Positions 28,430-39,262 of a stretch of 64,000 nt of DNA are shown piece after piece (the stretch's first letter is position 1; each line of letters opens with the position of its first letter). The translations under genes and the position numbers were made by a program. The notes under the pieces are model-generated. The model had not been told where the DNA came from. It did no database searches and was given only the letters and a program-made list of their open reading frames with translations. The DNA comes from Thermoplasmata archaeon (GTDB taxonomy: Archaea; Thermoplasmatota; JASEFT01; JBBABA01). Location: contig JBBABA010000001.1 in the NCBI GenBank assembly GCA_041657955.1, positions 106,419-170,418 on the forward strand, in the 5' to 3' direction.

Positions 28430-30316
28430 TTACACTTTTCTTAGAGACTCTATTATCTCAATTATGCCTTTATCTCCCATATCTATAGTTCTTTTATACA
28501 ATTCTGGATCATCATTTAGAAATTTCTCGATGATTTTTACAGCATCTTTGTCATTGGAAAACATTTGTAGCATATTCCCAAATTGTTCAAGTGCCGTCTT
28601 TCGAATCTTGGTTGCTTTGTGATATAACGATATGGTCGGCACGCCTGCAACAACAGATTCATAGAATCCTGTAGAGGGGCAATCACAAATTACCCTATCA
28701 ACTGTGTACAGATGTTCAACAAATGGATTCGTGGCTATCTCAATATTTTCAAAGTTTTTATCTTTTATAAAATCTGGGATGGGGTTATACGATACATCGG
28801 CAGATGGTATGCCTTTCCAAACAAATACATACTCCTTTTTAGTTGAGAAATACTCTATGAGTGCTTTTTGAAATTTATAGTACCAGACATCAGGATATTC
28901 TGCACCGCCAATCGGGCGATGATCCCCTAAAAAGAAAAGGGGTAGGTATATTATTCTCTCTCTCGTTTTACTACCGCTATGTTTATTTCTTCTATCATCC
29001 CTCAGATTTTTTATTTTCACCACATTTAACAATCTATGTGGGCTGTAAAAAAGTTTAGTTGGAAGATTGTATAGTTTACACAGACATTCAAAATATTCTT
29101 TGTGCTCTTTGTTGGAGCATATATAATTTCTATAGGGGACCAGTTCTGTAGCCACCCATCCCTTCGCATCAAAAGCACCATCGCCGTGGAAATAACTGAC
29201 GCTTACAGTTTTATCATAGTAGTTTGCGGCGGCAATGGCCGCGAAATGAGCCGACAACCACTCATATGGTGTAATAACAAAATGAATATTTTCTTTTTCA
29301 TAAAATTCAATGAAAAATTTGAAATAGGCAAAAATCTCTGGACACACCTTCGAAACAAAATATTTTAGGTTTGGTAAAATTATTTGCGAAACTTCCATTT
29401 GACATTTTTCATCAATCCAGGAAATCAACTCATCTTTCTCTAAAACATCGGCTGCGTTTTTCCAATCATTACTATGTTCGTTTTTATTTCCAGTATGAAT
29501 ATCCAAATACGTTTTTGCACCAAACCTAGAGCATTTCAGTATTCGATCGCCATCATATGATAGGGAATAAAGGTTATGGCCCTTTTTTAAAACACTTTTT
29601 ACTATTTCGAATAAATTATAATTCGAGATCGGTACCAACAACAATATATTTAAACAATCTTTATTTTTCCCGGTTGGGGGGTACTCCTTTCCGTAATTTA
29701 AGAAGAAATATATGTTCCTTGCAAATTGATATTTACCCAACATTCTTTTTATATGCATCTTTAAATATTTTATATTATAACTATATTTTTTACTTATCCT
29801 AGTGTGTTTACCTATCGCTGGTATGTGAATTGACTCTAATGATGTATTCCTTTCGTTACAGAGGATCGGAATAATTTGGGAGTATAAACTTCTACTATCA
29901 TCCCACAGTCTGAAATCAAGGGTTCTCTTACGTGGTGGGTGTGAAACAAACACTATATTTGATGGTTTTATTTTATCGAACAACATCCTTAATGTAAGAC
30001 ATCTGAGAATCAAAGGGCCTAATACTGCGAATAGAAACTGAAAATACATTATTCCTAATTTCAGATCGAATTTCTTTAGTTCGGGTACATGGTTTTGAAG
30101 GAATGCATCTAATTTACTCAACCACTCGAGAATCGATTTAAGATACTCATCTTCAGTAGAGGCTAATTGAACCTCATCATAATAGTCTTCAATAATCGAG
30201 TATTTTATCCCCACCCTATCCAATTGATAGCAAACTTCTGGGGTCAGGGCGACGATAATACTGCCCTTGTCAAATTTCACAGTCGGGTCATACGCTTCGA
30301 GCAGATACGTTTTCAT
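28430..30316 (-). CDS. Hypothetical 628-aa protein, possible GT-B type sugar transferase
   Basis: Long ORF closing the ugd-galU-epimerase run; C-terminal FHGDG, VWKG, ICDCPSTGFYESVVAGVP. Confidence 0.6.
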   Translation of the reverse strand: MKTYLLEAYDPTVKFDKGSIIVALTPEVCYQLDRVGIKYSIIEDYYDEVQLASTEDEYLKSILEWLSKLDAFLQNHVPELKKFDLKLGIMYFQFLFAVLGPLILRCLTLRMLFDKIKPSNIVFVSHPPRKRTLDFRLWDDSRSLYSQIIPILCNERNTSLESIHIPAIGKHTRISKKYSYNIKYLKMHIKRMLGKYQFARNIYFFLNYGKEYPPTGKNKDCLNILLLVPISNYNLFEIVKSVLKKGHNLYSLSYDGDRILKCSRFGAKTYLDIHTGNKNEHSNDWKNAADVLEKDELISWIDEKCQMEVSQIILPNLKYFVSKVCPEIFAYFKFFIEFYEKENIHFVITPYEWLSAHFAAIAAANYYDKTVSVSYFHGDGAFDAKGWVATELVPYRNYICSNKEHKEYFECLCKLYNLPTKLFYSPHRLLNVVKIKNLRDDRRNKHSGSKTRERIIYLPLFFLGDHRPIGGAEYPDVWYYKFQKALIEYFSTKKEYVFVWKGIPSADVSYNPIPDFIKDKNFENIEIATNPFVEHLYTVDRVICDCPSTGFYESVVAGVPTISLYHKATKIRKTALEQFGNMLQMFSNDKDAVKIIEKFLNDDPELYKRTIDMGDKGIIEIIESLRKV

Positions 30317-30322
30317 AACAGT

Positions 30323-31273
30323 TTACACACCCATGAACCGTCGGTTTTCTAATATCCACTCATATTCCTTCTTTAATCCATCTGCAAGATTGGTACTGGT
30401 CTTATAATTTAAGATATCTTGGGCATTTGAAACGTCTGCGATAGTATGTTCAACATCACCTTTTTGCTTTTCAATATACCGTACTTTGGCTTTTTTTCCT
30501 ACGGTATCCTCCATAATTCGAATCACCTCTTTCAAGGTAATTCTCGACCCTCCGCCGATATTAAACACACCCCAATCTACCTTAGACTTCATGGCAAGCA
30601 TATTCGCATTTACTGCATCTGAAACATATGTGAAATCGCGTGTTTGTTTTCCGTCGCCAAAGACAACTATTTCTTCGTTTTTAATTATTGATCTTATAAA
30701 CCGATTAAACGCCATATCGGGGCGCTGTCTCGGCCCATAAACAGTAAAATACCGCAGAGCAGTAATTGGAATGTTATAGTTTTTCCAATAAAGATAACAC
30801 AGATTTTCTGCGGCAAGCTTTGAAACACCATATGGTGAAACAGGTCTAACAGGTAAATGCTCCCGCATGGGTAATTCGCAATCGCCATATACTGAAGATG
30901 ATGAAGCGTATATTAATTTCTTAATTTTTGTATTTTTACACGCCTCCAAAATCCTTTGTGTAGCCATAACATTGTCTCTAAGATAGATATCAAAGCTCTC
31001 GCCCCAACTTGCTCTAACGCCTGGCTGAGCAGCCTCATGGAAAATATAGTCCGCATCCGAAATAAGTTTTTTCAGATTCAAATCCAAGATGTTCTTATCA
31101 ATCAGTTTAAAAGCTTTATGAGACATCAGTTTTTCTATATTTTTCATCTTTAATTCTCTCGCATAGTAATCCGTGAAACAATCGATGCCTATTACCTCAT
31201 GGCTCGACTCGATTAATTTTTCTGAGATGTGCGAACCAATGAAACCTGCAGCACCAGTTACTATACACTTAAT
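30323..31273 (-). CDS. NAD-dependent epimerase (UDP-glucuronate/UDP-glucose 4-epimerase-like), apparent ATT start
   Basis: The frame extends 5' of the track start to IKCIVTGAAGFIGSH..IDCFTDYY; also AAQPGVRASW, YGVSK, YFTVYGPRQRPDMA. Confidence 0.85.
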   Translation of the reverse strand: MKCIVTGAAGFIGSHISEKLIESSHEVIGIDCFTDYYARELKMKNIEKLMSHKAFKLIDKNILDLNLKKLISDADYIFHEAAQPGVRASWGESFDIYLRDNVMATQRILEACKNTKIKKLIYASSSSVYGDCELPMREHLPVRPVSPYGVSKLAAENLCYLYWKNYNIPITALRYFTVYGPRQRPDMAFNRFIRSIIKNEEIVVFGDGKQTRDFTYVSDAVNANMLAMKSKVDWGVFNIGGGSRITLKEVIRIMEDTVGKKAKVRYIEKQKGDVEHTIADVSNAQDILNYKTSTNLADGLKKEYEWILENRRFMGV

Positions 31274-31286
31274 AGTATCGCCCCCG

Positions 31287-32099
31287 TCATTTTTCTAAAA
31301 TTTTTTGCAGTTCTATATTTGTCTGTAGCCAATCAACCTTGTTCCCAACATCATATCGTTTACCTTCAATCAGATGTGCGTAGATATCATGATGTTTATT
31401 GTATAATTTAAGTGAATCCGTAAGTTGAACTTCGTTATTTATCCCCGGTTTTGTTTTTTCGATATAACTGAAAATATCTGGTTTGAATATATATCTTCCA
31501 ATGATGCCTATATCCGATGGCGCTTTTTCAATAGGTGGTTTTTCCACGAGGTTCTTTACCTTATAAATGCGGGAAGACATCTTTTCCCCATCTATTATGC
31601 CGTACCTCGGTATGTTCTTTCTCAAAATCTTCTGAACACCGATTACTGAGGAATCATATTGTTCGGAGGCAGTCATCAGTTGTTTTATGCACGGTGTTTT
31701 ACTTATTATTATATCATCTCCGAGCAGTACGGCAAATGGTTCATTTCCAATGTGCTTTCTGGCACACCAGACCGCGTGGCCCAGGCCTCTCTGCGAACTT
31801 TGTCTTATATAAAATATGTCTACCTTGCTGAGGAGGTCCTCAAGCTGTTGTAGATATTTATATTCGTCTCTGTCTACCAGTGCCAGCTCAAGTTCGATGG
31901 ACCTGTCGAAATGATCTTCGATAGCCCTTTTTCCTCTACCAGTAACAATTACTATATCATCTATACCCGCAGCAACGGCTTCCTCCACAACATATTGAAT
32001 TACTGGTTTATCTACTACGGGTAGCATCTCCTTGGGTTGGGCCTTTGTTATGGGTAAGAATCTGCTTCCCATGCCCGCTGCAGGAATTATCGCCTTCAT
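31287..32099 (-). CDS. galU: UTP-glucose-1-phosphate uridylyltransferase (GalU/AglF)
   Basis: MKAIIPAAGMGSRFLPITKAQPKEMLP, GLGHAV, LLGDD, VEKP. Confidence 0.95.
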   Translation of the reverse strand: MKAIIPAAGMGSRFLPITKAQPKEMLPVVDKPVIQYVVEEAVAAGIDDIVIVTGRGKRAIEDHFDRSIELELALVDRDEYKYLQQLEDLLSKVDIFYIRQSSQRGLGHAVWCARKHIGNEPFAVLLGDDIIISKTPCIKQLMTASEQYDSSVIGVQKILRKNIPRYGIIDGEKMSSRIYKVKNLVEKPPIEKAPSDIGIIGRYIFKPDIFSYIEKTKPGINNEVQLTDSLKLYNKHHDIYAHLIEGKRYDVGNKVDWLQTNIELQKILEK

Positions 32100-32111
32100 A
32101 AAAACCACACA

Positions 32112-33422
32112 TCACTTGTTAGGCAAACCAATTGCATAATATTTCACATCTTCCCCGATCTTTTTACGGTCCAACACCCTTCTTCCATCAATCACTATTT
32201 TTTTGGCCATTTTATTAAAGTTCTTAGAATTTAGTTCTTCAAATATTTCCCAATCATTTTGAACTATACAAGCGTCCGCACCATCAAGGGCATCGTCAAT
32301 CGAGTCTACATATTTTATCTCTTTAAATATTTTTTTCATGTTAGGCATAGCCACAGGATCATAAGCAATCACATGAGCGCCTTCTTTAATTAAGGCCGAA
32401 ATTATTGGGATAGCTCTACTCTCTCTTACATCATTTGTATTTCCTTTAAATGATAGGCCAAGGACAGCGACTTTAGAATTTTTTAAATTGGGGATTTCGT
32501 TCTTTAACATTTCTACAAGTCTAAGCGGTTGCCTTTCATTTAATTTTAGGACGGACCTAAATATATCTGATTTACATCCATATTTTTCAGAAGCATGTAT
32601 CAGGGCTTTCAAATCCTTCGGGAAACAGCTACCACCGAATCCGCAACCAAACTTCAGAAAATGGGGGTTAATTCTTGAATCAAGGGCGACTGCATCTAAT
32701 ACTTTTTCGGCGTCTATACCAAACTTTTCACACATGTTTGCAATCTCATTAGCATATGTTATTTTAAGTGCCAAAAACGAGTTGGATGCGTACTTTATCA
32801 TTTCTGCTGTAGCTAGGTCCACGACAATCTTCGGACACGAGAATTTTTTATATAGATTCTTAAGCAAATTTCCGCTTTTCTTGTCAAACCCGCCAATAAC
32901 TATCCTATCGGGATTGAAGCTATCCTGGAGAGCCGAACCTTCGCGTAGGAATTCTGGATTGACACAAATACCGACATCTTTTCCAACAGTTTTACCTGAA
33001 CTCCGTTCCAATATCGGTATCAAATGCTCTTTTGTAGTTGTCGGGGTTACCGAACTTTTTACTACGACTAAATGATAACCCTTCTTTTCTCTTAATGACT
33101 TTCCCACGTCCGATGTTGCTTTTCCAATAATGGAGAGATTTTGTCCCCCGTCTTTTAATGATGGGGTTTCTACACAAATAAAAGTGAGGTCTGTTTTACG
33201 AATTGCATCGAAACTCGTAGTCGCAGTTAATCTTTTAGATTCGATAGCAGCAACAAGTGCCTTCTCTAAATTTTCCTCATAAAACGGAGGTTTTTTTGAA
33301 TTTATAGAAACAACTTTTTCCTTAGAGATGTCGATGCAAGTAACTGTGTGTTTGTGTTTTGTAAAGGTTATCGCAGTAACAAGTCCCACATAACCAGCAC
33401 CAACAATCGAAATATGTGCCAT
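32112..33422 (-). CDS. ugd: UDP-glucose 6-dehydrogenase (Ugd/AglM)
   Basis: GAGYVG, NPEFLREG, AEMIKYASN, GFGGSCFPKD. Confidence 0.95.
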   Translation of the reverse strand: MAHISIVGAGYVGLVTAITFTKHKHTVTCIDISKEKVVSINSKKPPFYEENLEKALVAAIESKRLTATTSFDAIRKTDLTFICVETPSLKDGGQNLSIIGKATSDVGKSLREKKGYHLVVVKSSVTPTTTKEHLIPILERSSGKTVGKDVGICVNPEFLREGSALQDSFNPDRIVIGGFDKKSGNLLKNLYKKFSCPKIVVDLATAEMIKYASNSFLALKITYANEIANMCEKFGIDAEKVLDAVALDSRINPHFLKFGCGFGGSCFPKDLKALIHASEKYGCKSDIFRSVLKLNERQPLRLVEMLKNEIPNLKNSKVAVLGLSFKGNTNDVRESRAIPIISALIKEGAHVIAYDPVAMPNMKKIFKEIKYVDSIDDALDGADACIVQNDWEIFEELNSKNFNKMAKKIVIDGRRVLDRKKIGEDVKYYAIGLPNK

Positions 33423-33538
33423 TAAACCTAGTTATGTGGGTATAATATATAAGTATTTGTGAGCTTCCCCTCATCACCAGATAGTACCAGTTGCTAGGTG
33501 TTTAGTTGCCATCAATAATTTCTATTCTACATTCTATA

Positions 33539-35584
33539 CTAAATCTTCTGTTTCTCACAATATATGGAGAATGTAATATCTTTTCTTTGAGCCTTGGCGT
33601 TTTTAACTGTATCATCTATCTCTCCAATAGAATGTAATAATCTAAGGAAATATCCACCATGTTTAACTTCGCGATAATTAATCATTGGGGCGTTATATAA
33701 TTTAGATTTATCTGAGTATACCTTGATCTTTTTATCTTTATCTCCTACTTCGATCCATCCTTCGGTGGCACCCAAGCAATGTTTAGACGACACCATAGAA
33801 CTTGCAGGTTCGTCATGTGATATGGTGTGGCCCTTTAATTCATGCGTCTCTGCAATTTTTCCACCATTATGCGTGGCGTAAAATAGCGAGTCACAATCGA
33901 AAGCATCCGGAATAAAAGTGATAATTCCCGTGCGAAACGTTGCAAGTGGATTTTCATGAAAATCAAAAGAATAAGAAATATCCAATCGCTGCTCTAATAA
34001 GTAAATCTGTATATCCTTGTATATCGTGCCTATATGTGTGTTAATTGCACCTTTAATTGAAACGAATTTATCGGACTCATTATAATCGTTAGGCAGTTTT
34101 GGAGACACCCTCTCCAAATCTGCGATTTTACTTTTGCCTGGGATTTCAATAATTGTATGACCGGTATAATAATCCGCACCGAGTGAAATATCATCATAGT
34201 AGCCATGTGGTAGCGTGCCAATCAACGGTTGCTCCGATATGCCCTTAAATATTACAGAGTCGATAGATAATCCGCGTCTGCTGTTCAAAACGACTTTTAA
34301 TTTCTCAGTTTCAATGATAACCATATTGCCTTGTTGCGTCACTGTTGGTCGAATTTCTACCTTCGATTTTTCGAATACCGTATCCCTCTGTAGCCCGTTT
34401 TCAATGTTTCCTACACTATTCGACACAACCGAGAGAGCATCATTTAATCTTTCTTGAAACGCGAGATATCTTTTCTCTTCAATATGGGTCCTAAAATCGC
34501 TGCTCCACAGAAAGCAAAGTTCCTTCCATAAATCATTTAATTTACGTTCATCAGCACGTTTTATATTTTGAGTATTGTCATCTCGGTAACCAGATTCGAT
34601 GCGCTTTAAGCATTTGTAAATTCTATAGCATTTTGTATTATTACCTATGTTGTCTCTGCCACTTAGAGCCCATCGAGTGATATTGTATTTTTCCTGTTTT
34701 TTGACAGGGATAGGATCTTCTGGGGATTCCAGTTTTATATGATTGAACGAGTTGTCTCCTTCTGCAAGACCAGGGACTCTTGACGGCGCGACGATTTCAA
34801 AATTCGGATTCGCAGATAATTCTTTAAACAATCTCGTAATCCTAGTCCATTCCCCATCCTTACATATATCTACCTCAGTATCATAGCGCCCCGGCCTATA
34901 ATCAAATATTTCAATATCGTTGCCATAGAGGGGGAAAAACCGAACAGATTCCCCTAAATGAGAGTGCAAGTAGTTCATATATTCATCTAACTCGATTTCC
35001 CCTTGCGCATATCTTTGAAACTTTTGAAAAAATATCGAATTATTCCAGATAACTGGTATATTTTTTCCATTTGAATCCATTGCTGTTTGAGGGAAATACT
35101 GCCACTCCTTTGGCCATTCGGGGTGGTACCTGTAGGGATTGTTCCACTCCATTACAATGGCTTTGTAACCCGCATCGAGGTAATGTTCTATTAATCCCGG
35201 AGAATATGCCTGTTCATTCACCCAGGCAATTTGTGGTTTTTGTCCCAAGAACGATTGATACACCCGATGACCGATTTCCAAGTTGTAAGCATTTACTTCA
35301 GATGGCACTAGAGGGCCGATAAGTTGGGTGTATCCCGAACCTATGAACTCACACGCATCATTCATCCAAAGCTCTTTTAGTTTTTTTATCCACGATGGAG
35401 AGATTTCATTAATCTTTTCTAAAGTATATCCTGGGGATTCTATTCCCAGTGGGGTCTTCATTTCTTCACAGATATTCAAAAGTGGCCAGAAGCATCGTTC
35501 TATTACCTGAGGATAATCTTTCTCTGGAATCGAAGAGAATGCGAGATTTAGATGGAAGATCGCGTATAGATGGAGTTTTTTCAT
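33539..35584 (-). CDS. Glycoside hydrolase family 57-like (NodB-barrel superfamily) protein
   Basis: IFHLNLAFSSI, EFIGSGYTQLIGPL, WVNEQAYS, YGNDIEIFDYRPGR, WSSDFRTH. Confidence 0.75.
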   Translation of the reverse strand: MKKLHLYAIFHLNLAFSSIPEKDYPQVIERCFWPLLNICEEMKTPLGIESPGYTLEKINEISPSWIKKLKELWMNDACEFIGSGYTQLIGPLVPSEVNAYNLEIGHRVYQSFLGQKPQIAWVNEQAYSPGLIEHYLDAGYKAIVMEWNNPYRYHPEWPKEWQYFPQTAMDSNGKNIPVIWNNSIFFQKFQRYAQGEIELDEYMNYLHSHLGESVRFFPLYGNDIEIFDYRPGRYDTEVDICKDGEWTRITRLFKELSANPNFEIVAPSRVPGLAEGDNSFNHIKLESPEDPIPVKKQEKYNITRWALSGRDNIGNNTKCYRIYKCLKRIESGYRDDNTQNIKRADERKLNDLWKELCFLWSSDFRTHIEEKRYLAFQERLNDALSVVSNSVGNIENGLQRDTVFEKSKVEIRPTVTQQGNMVIIETEKLKVVLNSRRGLSIDSVIFKGISEQPLIGTLPHGYYDDISLGADYYTGHTIIEIPGKSKIADLERVSPKLPNDYNESDKFVSIKGAINTHIGTIYKDIQIYLLEQRLDISYSFDFHENPLATFRTGIITFIPDAFDCDSLFYATHNGGKIAETHELKGHTISHDEPASSMVSSKHCLGATEGWIEVGDKDKKIKVYSDKSKLYNAPMINYREVKHGGYFLRLLHSIGEIDDTVKNAKAQRKDITFSIYCEKQKI

Positions 35585-35587
35585 GAT

Positions 35588-36799
35588 TTATACCCGTTCA
35601 ACTTCGATTTTTATTTTTTTAATGACTTTTTCTGCAATTTTTATTGCCTGCTCGCGTGTTTTACCAATAGCAACCACATATCCATGTCTGTCTGTATGAT
35701 TTTCGATTCTAGGTACTATATTTCCTACTTTTATCACATCATCGATTGTTAATTCGTACACACCTTCGATTTTTCTCGCTTCTGATATGCCTGAAATGCT
35801 CACAATTTTACCGGGGTCCGGGAAAATAAATCTTTCTGCTACGCCCTTGGTAAATTTAGGTACTAACCAATCCAAATTAGGCTCGATATTTACAGCCATT
35901 TCGATAAGAGGATATAGTATATTAGCTCCATTAGATAACGGTACTTTTAAGGAACAAAATCTTCCACCACTGGTTCTTGCAGCCATTTCAATTACTTTGG
36001 GGCCTTCACTGTCTATTAGGATATCTCCTTTTGCCACGCCCCATGTTAATCCAAGCGCTTTAATGGCTTTCTCTACTACATGCAATACTTTGTCTAACTC
36101 CTCTTTTGACAACCTTGTTGGCAATTCACCGCCATCTTCGATGAAAAATGGGTCAAAAGACTTCTTATCGCTATAATTCCTATCTGCGATGCAAGGCGTA
36201 TAAATTTTGTCATTATATATCACAGATTCGGTACTTATCTCAAACCCCTGGAGGTACTCCTCCACTAAAATGGTTTTTTGCTTTGAAAAACTCAATGAAT
36301 ACTTGTAATATTTTTCAATATCAGCAATCGATGAAATCTTTACAACACCTCTTGCTCCAGAATTGTCAATAGGTTTAAAAACAACAGGAAATCCCAAATT
36401 TTCAGCAACTATCTTTGCTTCCTCTATAGAAGATGCGCTAAAAAATCGAGATGTAGGTACATTGTTTTTCTTAAAACACTGGATTCTTTTCAGTTTATTG
36501 GTAGCTCGTTCTGCTATTTCCGGGTCAATTCCAGGCAAATTTAATGCGCGAGCTACTTTAGCCACAACAACAGGAATCTCTACTCCATGTGTCATTACCC
36601 CATCTATTTTGTATTTTTTACCGATCTCGATTAGTTTGTCCACATCTTTAATATCCGCGTTTATTCCCACATCTGCAATTTTTAGGCCGGGTGCTTTTGG
36701 ATTTTGATCTACTACAATAACCCTCAAACCCATCTCTTTAGCAATTTGAATTGCAGTTACTTGCTCAATACCAGCGCCTAGCAACATTATAGTTTTCAT
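35588..36799 (-). CDS. ATP-grasp fold ligase
   Basis: LGAGIEQ, KPIDNSGARGV, VEEYLQGFEISTE, IEMAARTSGG; start set at ATG 36799. Confidence 0.88.
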   Translation of the reverse strand: MKTIMLLGAGIEQVTAIQIAKEMGLRVIVVDQNPKAPGLKIADVGINADIKDVDKLIEIGKKYKIDGVMTHGVEIPVVVAKVARALNLPGIDPEIAERATNKLKRIQCFKKNNVPTSRFFSASSIEEAKIVAENLGFPVVFKPIDNSGARGVVKISSIADIEKYYKYSLSFSKQKTILVEEYLQGFEISTESVIYNDKIYTPCIADRNYSDKKSFDPFFIEDGGELPTRLSKEELDKVLHVVEKAIKALGLTWGVAKGDILIDSEGPKVIEMAARTSGGRFCSLKVPLSNGANILYPLIEMAVNIEPNLDWLVPKFTKGVAERFIFPDPGKIVSISGISEARKIEGVYELTIDDVIKVGNIVPRIENHTDRHGYVVAIGKTREQAIKIAEKVIKKIKIEVERV

Positions 36800-36800
36800 T

Positions 36801-37550
36801 TTATCCAAAATATAAGCCACCGTTTACATTTATTGTTTGACCTGTAATATAACTAGCTTTCTCGCTTGCAAGAAATACAACAACATTGGCTATCTCTTCA
36901 GCGGTGGCAATTCTTCCTATGGGAATACTTCTAACTTTTTCTCTTCCAGCCGGAGTTGTCATCTCTGCGACAATCATGTCTGTATCCACTAATCCCGGTG
37001 AAACTGCATTTGAGGTAACCCCATTCTTACTGTAAATGCGAGCTAAAGATTTGGTTAGATTAATCAACCCCGCTTTTGCTATGGCATAATGAACTTGGTT
37101 CACTCCCCCCCACTGTCCGCCTATTGAACAAATATTGATAATTCTTCCCCACCCTTGCCCTATCATATCGGGTATTGCCTCCTGGCAAAAAATAAACGGC
37201 CCCCGGAGATTTACAGCCATCATATTGCCCCAATCTTCGTCATTAATTGTTTCGAATGGTTTCTCCTGGGTAAGTGCAGCATTATTTACTAGGATGTTTA
37301 ATTTACCAAAATTTTTATGCACTTCCTCAATAACTTTGTGTATATCGCCCCTACTTTTTTGGTCAAGTTTTATACATATTGCTCTACTGCCTTTACTTTC
37401 TATCTCTTTAACTACAGCAACGGCTTTTTCTTTGTTGGTGTTATATGTCAGTGCAACGTTTATTCCTTCCTTGGCCAAAGCTATTGCTATTGCCCTTCCA
37501 ATGCCACGGCTCCCACCGGTTACCAAAGCAGTTCTCTCTTCCATCAACAT
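36801..37550 (-). CDS. Classical SDR oxidoreductase
   Basis: VTGGSRGIG, VNNAA, SIGGQWGGVNQVHYAIAK. Confidence 0.9.
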   Translation of the reverse strand: MLMEERTALVTGGSRGIGRAIAIALAKEGINVALTYNTNKEKAVAVVKEIESKGSRAICIKLDQKSRGDIHKVIEEVHKNFGKLNILVNNAALTQEKPFETINDEDWGNMMAVNLRGPFIFCQEAIPDMIGQGWGRIINICSIGGQWGGVNQVHYAIAKAGLINLTKSLARIYSKNGVTSNAVSPGLVDTDMIVAEMTTPAGREKVRSIPIGRIATAEEIANVVVFLASEKASYITGQTINVNGGLYFG

Positions 37551-37561
37551 TTTATGCTCTC

Positions 37562-39262
37562 CTAGGGATCTAAAGTAACATGCGTTCGTAAGCCCATCTC
37601 CACCTCACAGAGGATCGGGCCCTTAGTATCAAGAACGGCCCTAATTTTTTGCGCTAACCCATCTTGTGAAGCGATTTTAGATGCCTCAATCTTGTACGCA
37701 CGGGCAATTGCCAAAATATCTGGAATTGAATAGCCATACTTCGGGGATGATGCAAAATAGCGGCCCCCAAGCTTTGAATCCTGATAATCCATAATTGCAC
37801 CGTATGAATGATTGTTCAGAACAAATATCTTAACTGGCAGATTGTACGAACGAATTGTCTGCAACTCTTGAATGTTTAACTGAATAGCGCCGTCACCAAT
37901 GGTACAAATAACCCGTGGAGAACCATCTCTGTAATGGACTGCAACCCCAATCGCGGCTGGCATTGAATAGCCCATTGTAGAGTGCGCTGTATCGGTAAAA
38001 AGTCTCTGTTGAGCACGTACTTCCACTGCTTGCATAGCCCACATCACGTTCTGTCCTGCATCTGCAATCAATATATCATCATCGGCCATCTGTTCAGATA
38101 ATGTTTTCATAAATACGTAGGGATTTACCGCGTCTTTTTCTGAATAATATTCTGGTTTACAAAAAGGATTTTCCTCAAAACTATTCCTCGTTTGTTTTCG
38201 CCAAACAGAGAACTGTGGGCAGCCATCTTTTTCCAACTCACTCAAAAGAAGGGTCAAGAACTCTTTAGCATCACATGCAAGTGATAGGTCTGTTGGCACA
38301 CGTTGATTTAATTCGTCGGGATCGATGTCAACATGGACCAATTTACCATTCGGTACAAAGTCCTTTGGTTTCATTTTTACCTGACGTAAGGTTAAACGAG
38401 TTCCAACTGCCAAAACCAAGTCACTCTTGGTAAGAGAAATATTCGTTGCGCGATTACCCATCACGCCAATCAATCCAGAATAGAGAGGACTATCATGAGC
38501 AAACGTGTCCACTCCACCAAAGGTTACAGCGACTGGTATATCACCTAGTGTTGCCAAAGCCTTGATTTCATCCGTTGCTCTCGCATTACGAACTCCGCCT
38601 CCGCTGATGATCATCGGACGCTTAGATTTTCGAATCCAGTCAGCAACGACTGTTACTTTCTCTCGAATGCTGTTGTTGTCCTCTGGACGGGTTTCGTCTG
38701 GTTCATAAGCTCTTAGTTCCCTTGCCACTATTTCTGCCCACTGTATGTCCATTGGCAAATCAATCAACACAGGCCCCGGCCGACCTGATTGCGCTATCCA
38801 AAGTGCTTTCTCTAATTCATAGCGAATATCATGCGGATTTGTAATCATAACAGCATACTTTGTTAAAGGTTTTACAACACTCACGATGTCTGTTTCCTGA
38901 AAGCCAACCTGACGTTGTTTGCTTTCACCCTTGTAATCGTGTGTTTGAACTTGCCCTGTAAAATATATGGCAGGAATGGAATCATAATAGGAGCAGGCAA
39001 TTCCTGTCACTAGATTGGTAGCACCTGGACCACTGGTAACAGCCATAGCGCCAATCTTATGAGTTGCTCGTGCGTACCCATCCAGTGCTATTGCCCCAGC
39101 TTGTTCATGCATTACACAGATGGGCGTTAACTTGCCGGTACGAAGGTTGAGATTATATACAGAATCTACCAGATGGGATATTGCCCCTCCGGTGAAGATA
39201 AACACATATTCCACGCCGTGTTTTACCAAAAATTCCGCAACATAGTCTGTTAATTTCATCAC
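37562..39262 (-). CDS. ThDP-dependent enzyme (acetolactate synthase/YerE-like)
   Basis: HEQAGA, TSGPGATN, GFQETDIV, SGRPGPV, GDGAIQLNIQEL..NN ThDP motif. Confidence 0.92.
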   Translation of the reverse strand: MMKLTDYVAEFLVKHGVEYVFIFTGGAISHLVDSVYNLNLRTGKLTPICVMHEQAGAIALDGYARATHKIGAMAVTSGPGATNLVTGIACSYYDSIPAIYFTGQVQTHDYKGESKQRQVGFQETDIVSVVKPLTKYAVMITNPHDIRYELEKALWIAQSGRPGPVLIDLPMDIQWAEIVARELRAYEPDETRPEDNNSIREKVTVVADWIRKSKRPMIISGGGVRNARATDEIKALATLGDIPVAVTFGGVDTFAHDSPLYSGLIGVMGNRATNISLTKSDLVLAVGTRLTLRQVKMKPKDFVPNGKLVHVDIDPDELNQRVPTDLSLACDAKEFLTLLLSELEKDGCPQFSVWRKQTRNSFEENPFCKPEYYSEKDAVNPYVFMKTLSEQMADDDILIADAGQNVMWAMQAVEVRAQQRLFTDTAHSTMGYSMPAAIGVAVHYRDGSPRVICTIGDGAIQLNIQELQTIRSYNLPVKIFVLNNHSYGAIMDYQDSKLGGRYFASSPKYGYSIPDILAIARAYKIEASKIASQDGLAQKIRAVLDTKGPILCEVEMGLRTHVTLDP

